Positions 17,248-26,329 of a stretch of 34,908 nt of DNA are shown here, in pieces. Source of the stretch: a virus (lineage: Duplodnaviria; Caudoviricetes); IMG/VR virus record IMGVR_UViG_3300042319_001168, positions 1 to 34,908 of that record. One strand, written 5' to 3'. The position numbers and the translations under genes are program-made. The notes beneath the pieces were generated by a model. That model made no database searches and was not told the origin of the DNA. It saw only the letters and a program-made list of their open reading frames with translations. How positions within the stretch are numbered: the stretch's first letter is position 1; every line of letters begins with the position of its first letter.

Positions 17248-18393
17248 ATGGCTAATCAATACACACCGAGTAAGTATGAGTATTTGAATGATGAGATATT
17301 AGCAGAACTAAATTCAGGCGGTTCAGCAGCAGGTACAGCCCGAAAAATAGTCGATAAACACAAGTTAGATGTAACCCCCGAAGCATTTAGGCTGCATATA
17401 AGGGCGTTACAAAAGAAACAACAGCACCCACTATTAAGTGATGAATGTGAACAATTAGGAATACCGTTAGATGAAGTTAAGCACTATTGGCACAAGGGTA
17501 AGCATTTCTCTTTATTTGTTGATGGTAAAGGTCAGCAAGTTAGCTATGAAGATATACGCAATTCTATCATAGCAGATATAACCAACTATGCACCCATATA
17601 CCCGACCATACAATACAATCAAGACAGCGAAGGTTATCTGCTAGTAATTGACCCAGCAGATATACACCTAAACAAGTTATGCAGTGCATTTGAAACGAAT
17701 GATGCATGTAATCATGACATAATTTACAATAGAGTAATAGAGGGCGTTAAAGGTATATTAGGGTACGTAAGGGGCTTTAAGATTGACCAGATACTATTTG
17801 TAGCAGGTAACGACATACTGCATGTTGATAGCCCTAAAAACACAACCACAAGCGGTACGCCACAAGATGCGTCAATGATGTGGTATGATGCTTTTGTATT
17901 AGCTCGGAAACTACTAACAGAGTGCATAGAATTACTACTACCTATTGCACCAGTTCACTTTCAGTATAACCCTAGCAATCATGATTTTACAAATGGTTTT
18001 TTCCTTGCACAAACTATACATGCGTGGTTTGCGAAATGCGAAAACATTACATTCGATACATCAATGCAGCACCGTAAGTACTACACATACGGTCAGAACA
18101 TAATCGGTACTACACATGGCGATGGAGCAAAAGAAACAGATTTAGCATTATTAATGGCACATGAAGTTGGTGAAAATTGGCACAAATGCAAACATAGGTA
18201 CTACTATACGCACCACATTCACCATAAGAAAAGTAAAGAGTATATGAGTGTATGTGTGGAGAGTTTACGTAGCCCAAGTGGTACAGACGGTTGGCATCAT
18301 CGCAATGGTTACCAGCACAGCCCAAAGGCGATAGAGGGGTATATACATAGTAAGAATAACGGTCAGATTAGTAGGCTAACGTACATATTTTAA
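17248..18393 (+). CDS. Calcineurin-like metallophosphoesterase with N-terminal helical (HTH-like) region
   Basis: 'ADIH', 'GNDILHVD', 'SNHD', 'THGD', 'HHIHH'; TATTTTTG at 17213-17220 upstream. Confidence 0.8.
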   Translation: MANQYTPSKYEYLNDEILAELNSGGSAAGTARKIVDKHKLDVTPEAFRLHIRALQKKQQHPLLSDECEQLGIPLDEVKHYWHKGKHFSLFVDGKGQQVSYEDIRNSIIADITNYAPIYPTIQYNQDSEGYLLVIDPADIHLNKLCSAFETNDACNHDIIYNRVIEGVKGILGYVRGFKIDQILFVAGNDILHVDSPKNTTTSGTPQDASMMWYDAFVLARKLLTECIELLLPIAPVHFQYNPSNHDFTNGFFLAQTIHAWFAKCENITFDTSMQHRKYYTYGQNIIGTTHGDGAKETDLALLMAHEVGENWHKCKHRYYYTHHIHHKKSKEYMSVCVESLRSPSGTDGWHHRNGYQHSPKAIEGYIHSKNNGQISRLTYIF

Positions 18394-18397
18394 AAGA

Positions 18398-18428
18398 AAT
18401 AGCCCACTATTTAAGGTAGTGGGCTATT
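18398..18428. terminator. Bidirectional terminator between convergent units
   Basis: Perfect 12-bp stem AATAGCCCACTA / TAGTGGGCTATT. Confidence 0.8.
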
Positions 18429-18431
18429 AGT

Positions 18432-18638
18432 TTATTTTGTGTTTATTTCACGTTGCAAATACCAAATAGCTTTATTAATATCTTGTTCTTTGTTTCCTTT
18501 CCTATCAGCACGTAAAAGATATTTCAATGCGTTTCCCATATTAAAATTTAGCTTAAAGGCATCAATAATATCTATTACCTCAATGCCGTTAACGGTGTAA
18601 TGCGGTGGGTGGTTGACCATGTCGGGCGTATTATTCAT
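18432..18638 (-). CDS. DUF3310 protein
   Basis: 'DMVNHPPHY..GIEVIDII...FNMGNALKYLLRA..KG...DINKAIWYL'. Confidence 0.9.
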   Translation of the reverse strand: MNNTPDMVNHPPHYTVNGIEVIDIIDAFKLNFNMGNALKYLLRADRKGNKEQDINKAIWYLQREINTK

Positions 18639-18641
18639 GTT

Positions 18642-18785
18642 CTAGTTAGTTTTTGATTCTATTATAGTTAAAAATTCGGTTGCGTTCAATGCGTAAGTAT
18701 CACCCATTATAACATCTTGTAATTCAGGGTGCATACCTAGCAGATTGTCTATAATGGCTATTACCTCATCTCGTGTGTAGTGCAT
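18642..18785 (-). CDS. Hypothetical protein, 47 aa (MHYTRDEVIAII...)
   Basis: Translated by hand; fills the gap in a tightly packed minus-strand cluster. Confidence 0.55.
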   Translation of the reverse strand: MHYTRDEVIAIIDNLLGMHPELQDVIMGDTYALNATEFLTIIESKTN

Positions 18786-19009
18786 TTTAAATTGTTTAAA
18801 AAGTTATCAAAGTCATTATCATCATTTAAAAAGCTATAATTAAAAGCCTCTCTCATCATCTCATAAACCACACCAGCAAGCACCATTTTAGCCTCAATTT
18901 CGGCTTCAATTTCGCTTTGTGAGGTAATCTCTACAAATGGTTTGTTTTGGGCTTGTTTTAGCTTATTAATCAGCAGTTCGGCTATTTTAGTTTGTTGGGT
19001 GGGTGTCAT
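18761..19009 (-). CDS. Hypothetical protein
   Basis: ORF with 4-nt overlap to the upstream gene. Confidence 0.6.
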   Translation of the reverse strand: MTPTQQTKIAELLINKLKQAQNKPFVEITSQSEIEAEIEAKMVLAGVVYEMMREAFNYSFLNDDNDFDNFLNNLKCTTHEMR

Positions 19010-19392
19010 TGTTTATGTTTTTTAAGTATAGTTAAAATAAAATCAATACCATGTGATAATGCAAGGTCGTGAGTGTTAAATGGTGTTTCGTCATTATCCC
19101 CGTATGTATAAGTATGACCGTCATCATCAGTAACAATGTATGACCATGTGCGATGTTTATGACCTGCTATTACAGCTACATGCCAACCATGTACAGTACG
19201 TGTCCATGTTGCAACATCTACTAACTTTGGTGCAGACATAGCCAACTCTAATATGTTATAGTTGTATTTATATGCTATTCTTTCATAAATTATGCTACCA
19301 ACGACTGAACTGTAGTAATGCGTATCAGGCACATCATACCCAATCTTTTTGAGTATTACCGATTGTTCGGGGGTGGTTCTTGTGTGTTCCAT
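19006..19392 (-). CDS. Hypothetical phage protein
   Basis: 'SVILKKIGYD...MSAPKL..VATW.R..HG' resembles a common Bacteroidota phage family. Confidence 0.65.
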   Translation of the reverse strand: MEHTRTTPEQSVILKKIGYDVPDTHYYSSVVGSIIYERIAYKYNYNILELAMSAPKLVDVATWTRTVHGWHVAVIAGHKHRTWSYIVTDDDGHTYTYGDNDETPFNTHDLALSHGIDFILTILKKHKQ

Positions 19393-19499
19393 TATTTTTT
19401 ATGTTGTTTTAAAATGTTCATTGCATCGTTTAGCGTACTAATTGTAGCCGCTAACAATATGCAGTTTAGGAATATTAAGCCTATTATAATTTGCTGCAT
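19392..19499 (-). CDS. Small membrane peptide, 35 aa (MQQIIIGLIFLNCILLAATI...)
   Basis: Translated by hand; 1-nt stop/start overlaps at both ends. Confidence 0.6.
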   Translation of the reverse strand: MQQIIIGLIFLNCILLAATISTLNDAMNILKQHKK

Positions 19500-19909
19500 T
19501 ATTTAGCGTTTAGTTTGGTTATGTAATCTTGATATTCGGCTTCGGTGGCTGGCTGCAAATTACAATCTACAAGCCAACTAAATATATTGTGGTCAAACTC
19601 ACGTAATAATAAATTACTACCTTCCATTTTCCAAATTACTTTAAATACCCCTACAGGTTTAGAAGATAATAATTTACCTTTTACGTATTCAGGTAGTTCA
19701 TTTTTTGATACATGTTCCCACCACTTTAAAGGGCGAAATAAATGCGGAAAATCAGGGCAAAATGTAACCCATCTTTGTGGATTAGTTTCCTCATCATGAC
19801 CCCAACAATCGCCACATAATGCGTGTTGCTTTGGGTATAATATATCCCCTTTGAACAAGTGCGTAAAATGCGGCATCGGTGCTACTACCTCGTATCTGTT
19901 ATTGCTCAT
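19499..19909 (-). CDS. Hypothetical phage protein
   Basis: 'FPHLFRPLKWWE', 'PATEAEY'; packed operon. Confidence 0.65.
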   Translation of the reverse strand: MSNNRYEVVAPMPHFTHLFKGDILYPKQHALCGDCWGHDEETNPQRWVTFCPDFPHLFRPLKWWEHVSKNELPEYVKGKLLSSKPVGVFKVIWKMEGSNLLLREFDHNIFSWLVDCNLQPATEAEYQDYITKLNAK

Positions 19910-20108
19910 TATATTGTGCTTTTAATAGTTCCAAATGTTTAATTGCCTTATCGCTTTCCTCACGTATTACACGTATCATATCGTCTGCTAAGGGTGGCGG
20001 TATCTGCTTAGTTTTACCCTTGCAAATGTCATATACATATTGGGGGTGTACTTTTAGTACCATCTTATCCCATAGCTTGATTGCTTTAAATAGGTCGTTT
20101 ATTCTCAT
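19899..20108 (-). CDS. Small HTH-like protein
   Basis: 'KVHPQYVYDICKGKTKQ' resembles an XRE recognition helix. Confidence 0.45.
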   Translation of the reverse strand: MRINDLFKAIKLWDKMVLKVHPQYVYDICKGKTKQIPPPLADDMIRVIREESDKAIKHLELLKAQYNEQ

Positions 20109-20310
20109 TAGTTTGTGTATGTTTTAGTGAAGTAATTTTGTTTGCTAAATTTTCCCATGCCTGTTCAGGGGTGTTAAATTTTATAGTTATATCGTCACCG
20201 CCCTTTTTATTTTTTATATAATACTTAAAAGAGTGAGTTCCCGATACGTTGTAATCCCATTCGCAATATGCCATAGGGTACACCGATAGTACCTTTTCTT
20301 TCGCTGTCAT
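20086..20310 (-). CDS. Hypothetical protein (similar to N-terminus of 33157-33459)
   Basis: 'KEKVLSVYPMAYC...EQAWEN'. Confidence 0.6.
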   Translation of the reverse strand: MTAKEKVLSVYPMAYCEWDYNVSGTHSFKYYIKNKKGGDDITIKFNTPEQAWENLANKITSLKHTQTNENKRPI

Positions 20311-20312
20311 TG

Positions 20313-20564
20313 TTATTGGTTGTATGTTTTGGTGAAGTAATCTTGTGTGTTTCTATACTCTGAAATACCATTGAATGAGATTGCTTTGCTATTTATGCCA
20401 CCTACCTTATAAGCAGTCTCGATTGTTTCACGCTCGTAGGGTAAAAGGTCGGTAAGTATCTGTATTGCTTCATTAAAGCATGTAGCGGCATTATCTACAC
20501 CGTCATAATCTTTTATTTTACTTTGTAGTTGCTCAATAGCCCGTTGTAGTGCTGTATCTGCCAT
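20313..20564 (-). CDS. Hypothetical phage protein
   Basis: 'ERETIETAY..G...QDYFTKTY'; first gene after the leftward promoter. Confidence 0.65.
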   Translation of the reverse strand: MADTALQRAIEQLQSKIKDYDGVDNAATCFNEAIQILTDLLPYERETIETAYKVGGINSKAISFNGISEYRNTQDYFTKTYNQ

Positions 20565-20580
20565 GTGTTATAATTTTTCA

Positions 20581-20664
20581 CAAAGATACACTACTTTCCC
20601 GAATAAACAAATAAAAATATTTTTTTACAAAAGTTTGTAGTGTCAAAAAGTATTTGTACATTTG
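20581..20664. promoter_or_regulatory. Divergent pair of consensus Bacteroidota promoters
   Basis: Minus: TTTG-N19-TATCTTTG (20611-20581). Plus: TTTG-N19-TACATTTG (20634-20664). Confidence 0.85.
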
Positions 20665-20686
20665 CTAAACATTAAACGATAAAAAC

Positions 20687-20815
20687 ATGACAAAAGAAAC
20701 ACAAAACACAATAGTAGCGGAGATTATTCCGTACGATTTCAGACAGTCAGAACAATACGGCATGAAGCCACAGCCAAATGACGATGATGACGATTACGAA
20801 GACACAGATAATTAA
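20687..20815 (+). CDS. Small acidic peptide, 42 aa
   Basis: MTKETQNTIVAEIIPYDFRQSEQYGMKPQPNDDDDDYEDTDN; A-rich leader right after the promoter. Confidence 0.6.
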   Translation: MTKETQNTIVAEIIPYDFRQSEQYGMKPQPNDDDDDYEDTDN

Positions 20816-20837
20816 TTTAACCGATAAAAACAACACA

Positions 20838-20999
20838 ATGGCAAACATGGCATACTGTAGGTTTGAGAATACCTACAACGATTTACTAGACTGTTACGAA
20901 CACTTTGAAGAGCCAAAAAACGACAGTGAAAAAGAGTACAGATATAAGCTACTGAAATTAGCAAAACAAATTGTAAACGAATATTCAACAGAAGACTAA
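20838..20999 (+). CDS. Small phage protein (MANMAYCRFENT type)
   Basis: Recognisable N-terminal motif; start moved to 20838. Confidence 0.7.
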   Translation: MANMAYCRFENTYNDLLDCYEHFEEPKNDSEKEYRYKLLKLAKQIVNEYSTED

Positions 21000-21010
21000 A
21001 ACCAAACAAA

Positions 21011-21253
21011 ATGAGCGCACTAAAAAAACTACTCGATTTCGCAGACCAATTACCTACTAATACAGGGATTGAATTTCTGCAACTGGTACAAGCCTATCAA
21101 AAGGAAATGATAGCCGATAAAATGCAACTAATTGAGGGCTACGAGCGTATTATAAGAGGTACGCAAAACACGCCACCTTATGAAGTTGTCGCAATCGCAG
21201 GTACAGCAGAAACGTTATTATCTAACCCTTTAAATTCAGTTGAAGGATGTTAG
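21011..21253 (+). CDS. Hypothetical protein
   Basis: A-rich leader, operon packing. Confidence 0.6.
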   Translation: MSALKKLLDFADQLPTNTGIEFLQLVQAYQKEMIADKMQLIEGYERIIRGTQNTPPYEVVAIAGTAETLLSNPLNSVEGC

Positions 21254-21402
21254 ACCCAAAGAACCCAACAACGGCAGACAGCGCACTAATTATTGCTGCA
21301 ATAGTAGTAGTAATGGTATTCGTTATGATTGTGAGAGAAAGCATAACCACTACTAAGCGCAAAAAACAACACAATATTTTTGACGAAACAGATATATACT
21401 AA
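21247..21402 (+). CDS. Small single-TM protein, 51 aa
   Basis: 'ALIIAAIVVVMVFVMIV' followed by a basic stretch; translated by hand. Confidence 0.6.
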   Translation: MLDPKNPTTADSALIIAAIVVVMVFVMIVRESITTTKRKKQHNIFDETDIY

Positions 21403-21403
21403 C

Positions 21404-21490
21404 ATGATACCGCAAAACATAGAACTAATAGCCTACACCGTAATGGCACTAATCGGAATTATTTACCTACTAAAAAACGCCACAACATGA
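21404..21490 (+). CDS. Small single-TM peptide, 28 aa
   Basis: MIPQNIELIAYTVMALIGIIYLLKNATT; coupled to neighbours. Confidence 0.5.
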   Translation: MIPQNIELIAYTVMALIGIIYLLKNATT

Positions 21491-21630
21491 CACGTAAACG
21501 CAAACACGACCTATTTGTAACATTCCACTACCATACCGCAAGACGCAATAAACGCAAGTACACTAATCTTTTAGCCAACTTTTTAAACCAACTAAAATGC
21601 ACATTTTCAAAGCAATCGAAAACAAATTAA
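21487..21630 (+). CDS. Small basic peptide, 47 aa
   Basis: MTRKRKHDLFVTFHYHTARRNKRKY...; ATGA overlap. Confidence 0.45.
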   Translation: MTRKRKHDLFVTFHYHTARRNKRKYTNLLANFLNQLKCTFSKQSKTN

Positions 21631-21977
21631 CAATAGTTACCACATCAATCGAGCAGCGCAATTTTTTAACGCAAGTACTAGATTACATGGAGCAAGAACC
21701 AGCATTACCGTTTAATGCTGATAATGATTGTGTGTGTTTATGGCTGGATGATAGCACGTATTTGTATATTTTCACCAAACCTAACGAAGTAACCGACCAT
21801 ATACTATTTGCCGACCTAGACCTAACATTCAACATCAAAGAGCTATCCGCAATTTGGGGCAAACATAGCAGCACAGTTCACCAGCTACTTAAACGACCTA
21901 ACAACTGGAAAGCCCACAACATAGCAAGTAAAAATAAATGTGGTAAAGAGATACAAGTTACTTTGAAATTCAAATAA
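21597..21977 (+). CDS. Protein with C-terminal HTH
   Basis: 'FNIKELSAIWGKHSSTVHQLLKR'. Confidence 0.55.
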   Translation: MHIFKAIENKLTIVTTSIEQRNFLTQVLDYMEQEPALPFNADNDCVCLWLDDSTYLYIFTKPNEVTDHILFADLDLTFNIKELSAIWGKHSSTVHQLLKRPNNWKAHNIASKNKCGKEIQVTLKFK

Positions 21978-21992
21978 CATTTTGTACATTTA
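21962..21992 (+). promoter_or_regulatory. Promoter for the recombination/replication operon
   Basis: TTTG-N19-TACATTTA. Confidence 0.6.
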
Positions 21993-22020
21993 CACATCGT
22001 TAAACTAAACACACAAACAC

Positions 22021-22857
22021 ATGAGTACATTAAGAAAAGCCACAAGACAAAAGGCTAAAATCAGATTAGGACTATCAGCCGTAAGCGGTGGTGGTAAAAC
22101 ATTCAGTGCTATACTTATCGCTAAAGGATTAGCAGGTGGCGACTTGTCAAAGGTAGCTATCATAGATACTGAAAATGGCAGTGCCGACCTTTACGCACAT
22201 TTAGGGGATTACAGCGTGTTATCACTTACAGCACCATATACACCCGAAAAGTATATAACCGCCATTAAGGAATGTGAAAATGCTGGTATGGAAGTTATTA
22301 TAGTAGATAGCATTACACATGAGTGGGACGGTAAAGGCGGTATATTAGAAATATCCAATAGTATGACTGGTAACAGCTACACTAACTGGGCTAAGATTAC
22401 CCCACGTCATCAGGCTTTCCTAGATGCAATTTTACAGTCCCCTTGCCACATGATTACCACCGTTAGGCGTAAGACTGATTATGAGTTAGTAGATGTGAAT
22501 GGGAAAAAAGTACCGCAAAAAGTAGGACTAAAAGAGGTTACTAGAGAAGGTTTTGAATACGAGTTGACTTGTAACTTAGAACTTGACACAAAACACAGTG
22601 CAACAGTTAGCAAAGACCGTACAGGTTTATTCGATGCAAATATTCCATTTATGCCAAGTGAGGAAACTGGCAGAATGATACTAGAGTGGTGTAATAGTGG
22701 TGTGATACTACCTGAAGTAACACTAGAACAAAAGATACAACGATGCAACACAATCGAAGGTTTATCCATGCTATTTGCAGCAAATACAGACCTTAGTGAT
22801 GATATGAAACAACTATTTTCAGAACGCAAACAAACTATACTAAATGCACACAAATAA
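22021..22857 (+). CDS. AAA_24 / Sak4-like ATPase (single-strand annealing recombinase)
   Basis: Walker A 'SGGGKT', 'IIDTENGS', Walker B 'IIVDSITHEW', 'GFEYE', 'KDRT'. Confidence 0.85.
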   Translation: MSTLRKATRQKAKIRLGLSAVSGGGKTFSAILIAKGLAGGDLSKVAIIDTENGSADLYAHLGDYSVLSLTAPYTPEKYITAIKECENAGMEVIIVDSITHEWDGKGGILEISNSMTGNSYTNWAKITPRHQAFLDAILQSPCHMITTVRRKTDYELVDVNGKKVPQKVGLKEVTREGFEYELTCNLELDTKHSATVSKDRTGLFDANIPFMPSEETGRMILEWCNSGVILPEVTLEQKIQRCNTIEGLSMLFAANTDLSDDMKQLFSERKQTILNAHK

Positions 22858-23335
22858 CGAATTATCAGCAACATCAATTTTAAGCCTATTTGAAACCACC
22901 AAAGCCGAGCGTACATCATTTGTACGTTCGGTAATAAACAGCCTAAAAGACGGCATTACAGACCCATTAAAGGTGCATTTACAGGTAAAGAATACAGAGG
23001 CTTTGATTAAGGAACTATCAGAGGATAAAGAGTACAAGGAAATGCTACTTACCCAAGCCGCAAAGCATGGTAAAAACTTTGATTTGCATAACGCTAATTT
23101 TCGTATTCAAGAGGTAGGAACGAAGTATGATTTTGCACATTGTGGAGATAGCGTGATTGATGGGTTGTATGCAGAAATGGCAGAACTAAAAGCCAAGATA
23201 AAGGAACGTGAGGAGTTTTTAAAATCATTACCGCCTAGTGGATTGGATATAGTGGACAGTGCCACAGGAGAAGTGTCTACACTACTAAAACCAATCAAAA
23301 CATCTACTACATCTATTGCAGTTACACTTAAATAA
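22844..23335 (+). CDS. Recombination-module accessory protein
   Basis: Coiled coil; 'EVGTKYDF', 'VDSATGEV'; coupled to the ATPase. Confidence 0.6.
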   Translation: MHTNNELSATSILSLFETTKAERTSFVRSVINSLKDGITDPLKVHLQVKNTEALIKELSEDKEYKEMLLTQAAKHGKNFDLHNANFRIQEVGTKYDFAHCGDSVIDGLYAEMAELKAKIKEREEFLKSLPPSGLDIVDSATGEVSTLLKPIKTSTTSIAVTLK

Positions 23336-23342
23336 CCCTAAC

Positions 23343-23693
23343 ATGATAATAACAGCAAAATACATAGAAGAGCAGTTTTGGTTGGAGCGCAAATACAAAG
23401 GAGTGCTAACAGTTGAACGAATAGAACAAGTAGTTTGCAGCCATTTTAAGGTGACTATTGAGCAAGTGAAGACAGGTAGCAGACGATACAATATTACAGA
23501 ATGTAGGCACTTAATTTGGTACTATTTGCGCACTACAGGAATGACATTGCAAGCGATTACCAATATGTACAATAAGAAAGACCATACAAGCGTAATACAT
23601 GCACTAAATAAGGTTGAAAGGTTACTGCAAAACGATGACGAAATGAAGTACAATATATCAGCAATTAACACACAGCTAAACTTACAAAAATGA
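23343..23693 (+). CDS. Stand-alone DnaA C-terminal (domain IV) HTH protein
   Basis: 'IEQVVCSHF...SRR..ITECRHLIWY...KDHTSVIHA..KV'. Confidence 0.85.
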   Translation: MIITAKYIEEQFWLERKYKGVLTVERIEQVVCSHFKVTIEQVKTGSRRYNITECRHLIWYYLRTTGMTLQAITNMYNKKDHTSVIHALNKVERLLQNDDEMKYNISAINTQLNLQK

Positions 23694-24082
23694 CTCCCAC
23701 AAAAAGAACATACGCAGAAATAGCATTTGATGACTTAATGAATGACCTTAGACGAATACTATACCTTAACACTATTGCATCTTATACGCTTGAATCATTG
23801 CGACTTAATCCATACCTAATTGAAAGTAAAAGAACTGGTACAGATGATTTGAAAAAAGCTATAAGCAGACAAATAAGCGCAATGGAAATCATAAGAACCG
23901 AATTAAAGTTATTTGGCAATAGTGATAGTTGGCATGTACTAGAACAAGATTATACAAGCGAACGAATAGAAGATATCGGGCTATTACTTGACTTTATTTC
24001 GGGTGTAAAAAATGTAGCTGAAGTAACTAAAGTGCTACAAGAAATATTTAACGAACAACTAAAATCTAATCAAAATGCCTAA
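23690..24082 (+). CDS. Hypothetical protein
   Basis: ATGA overlap; helical. Confidence 0.6.
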   Translation: MTPTKRTYAEIAFDDLMNDLRRILYLNTIASYTLESLRLNPYLIESKRTGTDDLKKAISRQISAMEIIRTELKLFGNSDSWHVLEQDYTSERIEDIGLLLDFISGVKNVAEVTKVLQEIFNEQLKSNQNA

Positions 24083-24614
24083 AATTGGACACTTTAAAGT
24101 AAAGGCGGCACGTAACGCATATCATGTAATGGAACACATCGGGGAAGGTAGTTACAAAAAGATTGCCACACTGTATAAGTTTGCGGACACCTTACCATAC
24201 AGAAATAAAAAGTGGATGACACACAACGGTCAACTAAAGTATCGTGATTTTCCCGACCCAAAAGAAAAAACAACAACACCAATTAAAAGCCGTAACATTG
24301 CACCACCAAAACCAAAAAGAACAAAGGTAGTACAAACGATGGAGTGTAGTTTGGCTGCTAAGGATAAAGCACTACAACGGATTGAAACTAAAGAGGGGAT
24401 AGTAATAGCAGAGCAAAATAGACCGCAAAAAGTAAGGGTGATAGTAGATAGTAAGACTAGCATAATGGTGTACCCTAATGAAGCGGAAAATGCCATAGCA
24501 AGGTTTAATAAAAGGTATCAGCAATCACAAGAACAAAGCCATATCCACCAGCGAAAGCCGATACCCAAAGCAAAGGTTAAACAACAGCAATCAGATTTAA
24601 TATTTTATAACTAA
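24075..24614 (+). CDS. Hypothetical basic protein
   Basis: Overlapping ORF in the operon. Confidence 0.6.
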   Translation: MPKIGHFKVKAARNAYHVMEHIGEGSYKKIATLYKFADTLPYRNKKWMTHNGQLKYRDFPDPKEKTTTPIKSRNIAPPKPKRTKVVQTMECSLAAKDKALQRIETKEGIVIAEQNRPQKVRVIVDSKTSIMVYPNEAENAIARFNKRYQQSQEQSHIHQRKPIPKAKVKQQQSDLIFYN

Positions 24615-24631
24615 ACACACAAATAACACAC

Positions 24632-26158
24632 ATGTTTAATGCAGACTTTTACCCTACGCCAGCCAATGTAATTGAGCAAATGTGTATGGGTGTTACTATT
24701 GACGGCAGCATAGTACTAGAGCCTTCAGGCGGTGCAGGTCATATAGTTGACTACCTGAAATCAAGTGGAGCAAAACAGGTTATATCATGTGAGAAACATA
24801 ACGATTTACGTAGCATATTAATGCGTAAATGCAAGGTAATTTCAGATGATTTCCTGACCGTACAGTCAAGCGACATAAGCCACATTAATTTAATAATTGG
24901 CAATCCACCATTTAGCAGAGGCGATGAGCATATATTACACGCTTACAAAATAGCCCCAGCAGGTTGCACAATAGTAATGCTATGCAACTACGAAACGTAC
25001 AACAACAGCTACAGTGCCACACGTAAGGAACTACGCACCATTATTGATACCTACGGCAGTTGCACCAATATAGGCGAAGCGTTCACCACAGCAGAGCGCA
25101 CAACCTACACTAAAGTTGGATTAATACGCATACACAAGCAAGGTGAAAGCAAAGCAGAATTTGAGGGGTTTTTTATGGAAGATGAGCCAGCAGAGGCACA
25201 AGGAAATGGCATAATGCCTTACAACTTTGTACGTGATTTGGTTAATCGTTATGTATCAGCAGTACAGTTATATGATAAGCAGTTACAGATAGGTGCAGAA
25301 ATGAATGAGTTAACAAGTTCATTTTTCACAAGTAAACTTTCATTTACATGCCAAAAAGATAGCCTGCCAGTAATGCGCAATGATTTCAAAAAAGACTTAC
25401 AAAAATCAGCGTGGCAATGGGTATTTACCAAAATGAATATGCAAAAGTATTCTACTACAGGGCTAAAGAGTGATATTAATAAGTTTGTGGAGCAACAAAG
25501 CGAAGTACCTTTCTCTATGCGTAACATCTATAAGATGATAGAAATAGTGATAGGTACTACAGGCAATAGAATGGATAGGGCTATCATTGAGGTTTTCGAC
25601 AAACTAACAGAACACTATAGCGAAAACAGGTATAATGTAGAAGGATGGAAAACTAACAGCCACTACCTAGTAAATGAAAAGTTCATCATGCCTTATGGAG
25701 TTAACAGGGGTTGGAGCGGTGAAATAGAATTTAGGTGGGGTAGCAAAGGAACGGAGTTAATGGACGATTTGCAAAAGGCTTTATGCTTTATCACAGGCAC
25801 AAACTATGATGACATGTATTCGCTACATAGTGCAGGCAGCCACCGCTACAAAATAGAGATTGATGGCAAGATATTGATGGATAACAGACATAGTCATTTA
25901 CCCTACTTAGAAAGTATAGATATTGCACAGCCGTATGCAGACAGGTTAATTTCAGAGGGTAAAAAGAACGTAAAAGTAATACCACCGATGCAGTGGGGTG
26001 AGTGGACAAAATGGGGATTTTTCGAGATTAAATGTTACAAAAAAGGTACGGTACATTGCAAGTTTATTGATACTGATTTGTGGGCTACCTTTAACCAACA
26101 TGTAGCAAGAATAAAGGGCTACCCATTACCCGAAGGAATGAAAAACAAAAAAAAGTAA
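24632..26158 (+). CDS. N6-adenine DNA methyltransferase with DUF4942-like C-terminus
   Basis: 'FYPTP', 'VLEPSGGAG', 'GNPPF'; 'VFDKLT', 'GWKTN', 'FFEIKCYKKGTVHCKF'. Confidence 0.85.
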   Translation: MFNADFYPTPANVIEQMCMGVTIDGSIVLEPSGGAGHIVDYLKSSGAKQVISCEKHNDLRSILMRKCKVISDDFLTVQSSDISHINLIIGNPPFSRGDEHILHAYKIAPAGCTIVMLCNYETYNNSYSATRKELRTIIDTYGSCTNIGEAFTTAERTTYTKVGLIRIHKQGESKAEFEGFFMEDEPAEAQGNGIMPYNFVRDLVNRYVSAVQLYDKQLQIGAEMNELTSSFFTSKLSFTCQKDSLPVMRNDFKKDLQKSAWQWVFTKMNMQKYSTTGLKSDINKFVEQQSEVPFSMRNIYKMIEIVIGTTGNRMDRAIIEVFDKLTEHYSENRYNVEGWKTNSHYLVNEKFIMPYGVNRGWSGEIEFRWGSKGTELMDDLQKALCFITGTNYDDMYSLHSAGSHRYKIEIDGKILMDNRHSHLPYLESIDIAQPYADRLISEGKKNVKVIPPMQWGEWTKWGFFEIKCYKKGTVHCKFIDTDLWATFNQHVARIKGYPLPEGMKNKKK

Positions 26159-26161
26159 GAC

Positions 26162-26329
26162 ATGGACTACTCCACACGCCTAACACACTACATCAATATG
26201 TACCTTCGCTATCTTGCAGAGGGCAACATTAAGAAAACAGAATTGTATCGTAAGCGTGTGGAGTTGTTGCTTAATAATCCACCTAAACAAATAAAACTAA
26301 ATTACACCGATGCTGACAATAACGAATGA
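26162..26329 (+). CDS. Hypothetical protein, 55 aa (MDYSTRLTHY...)
   Basis: Translated by hand; fills the gap between the methyltransferases. Confidence 0.5.
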   Translation: MDYSTRLTHYINMYLRYLAEGNIKKTELYRKRVELLLNNPPKQIKLNYTDADNNE

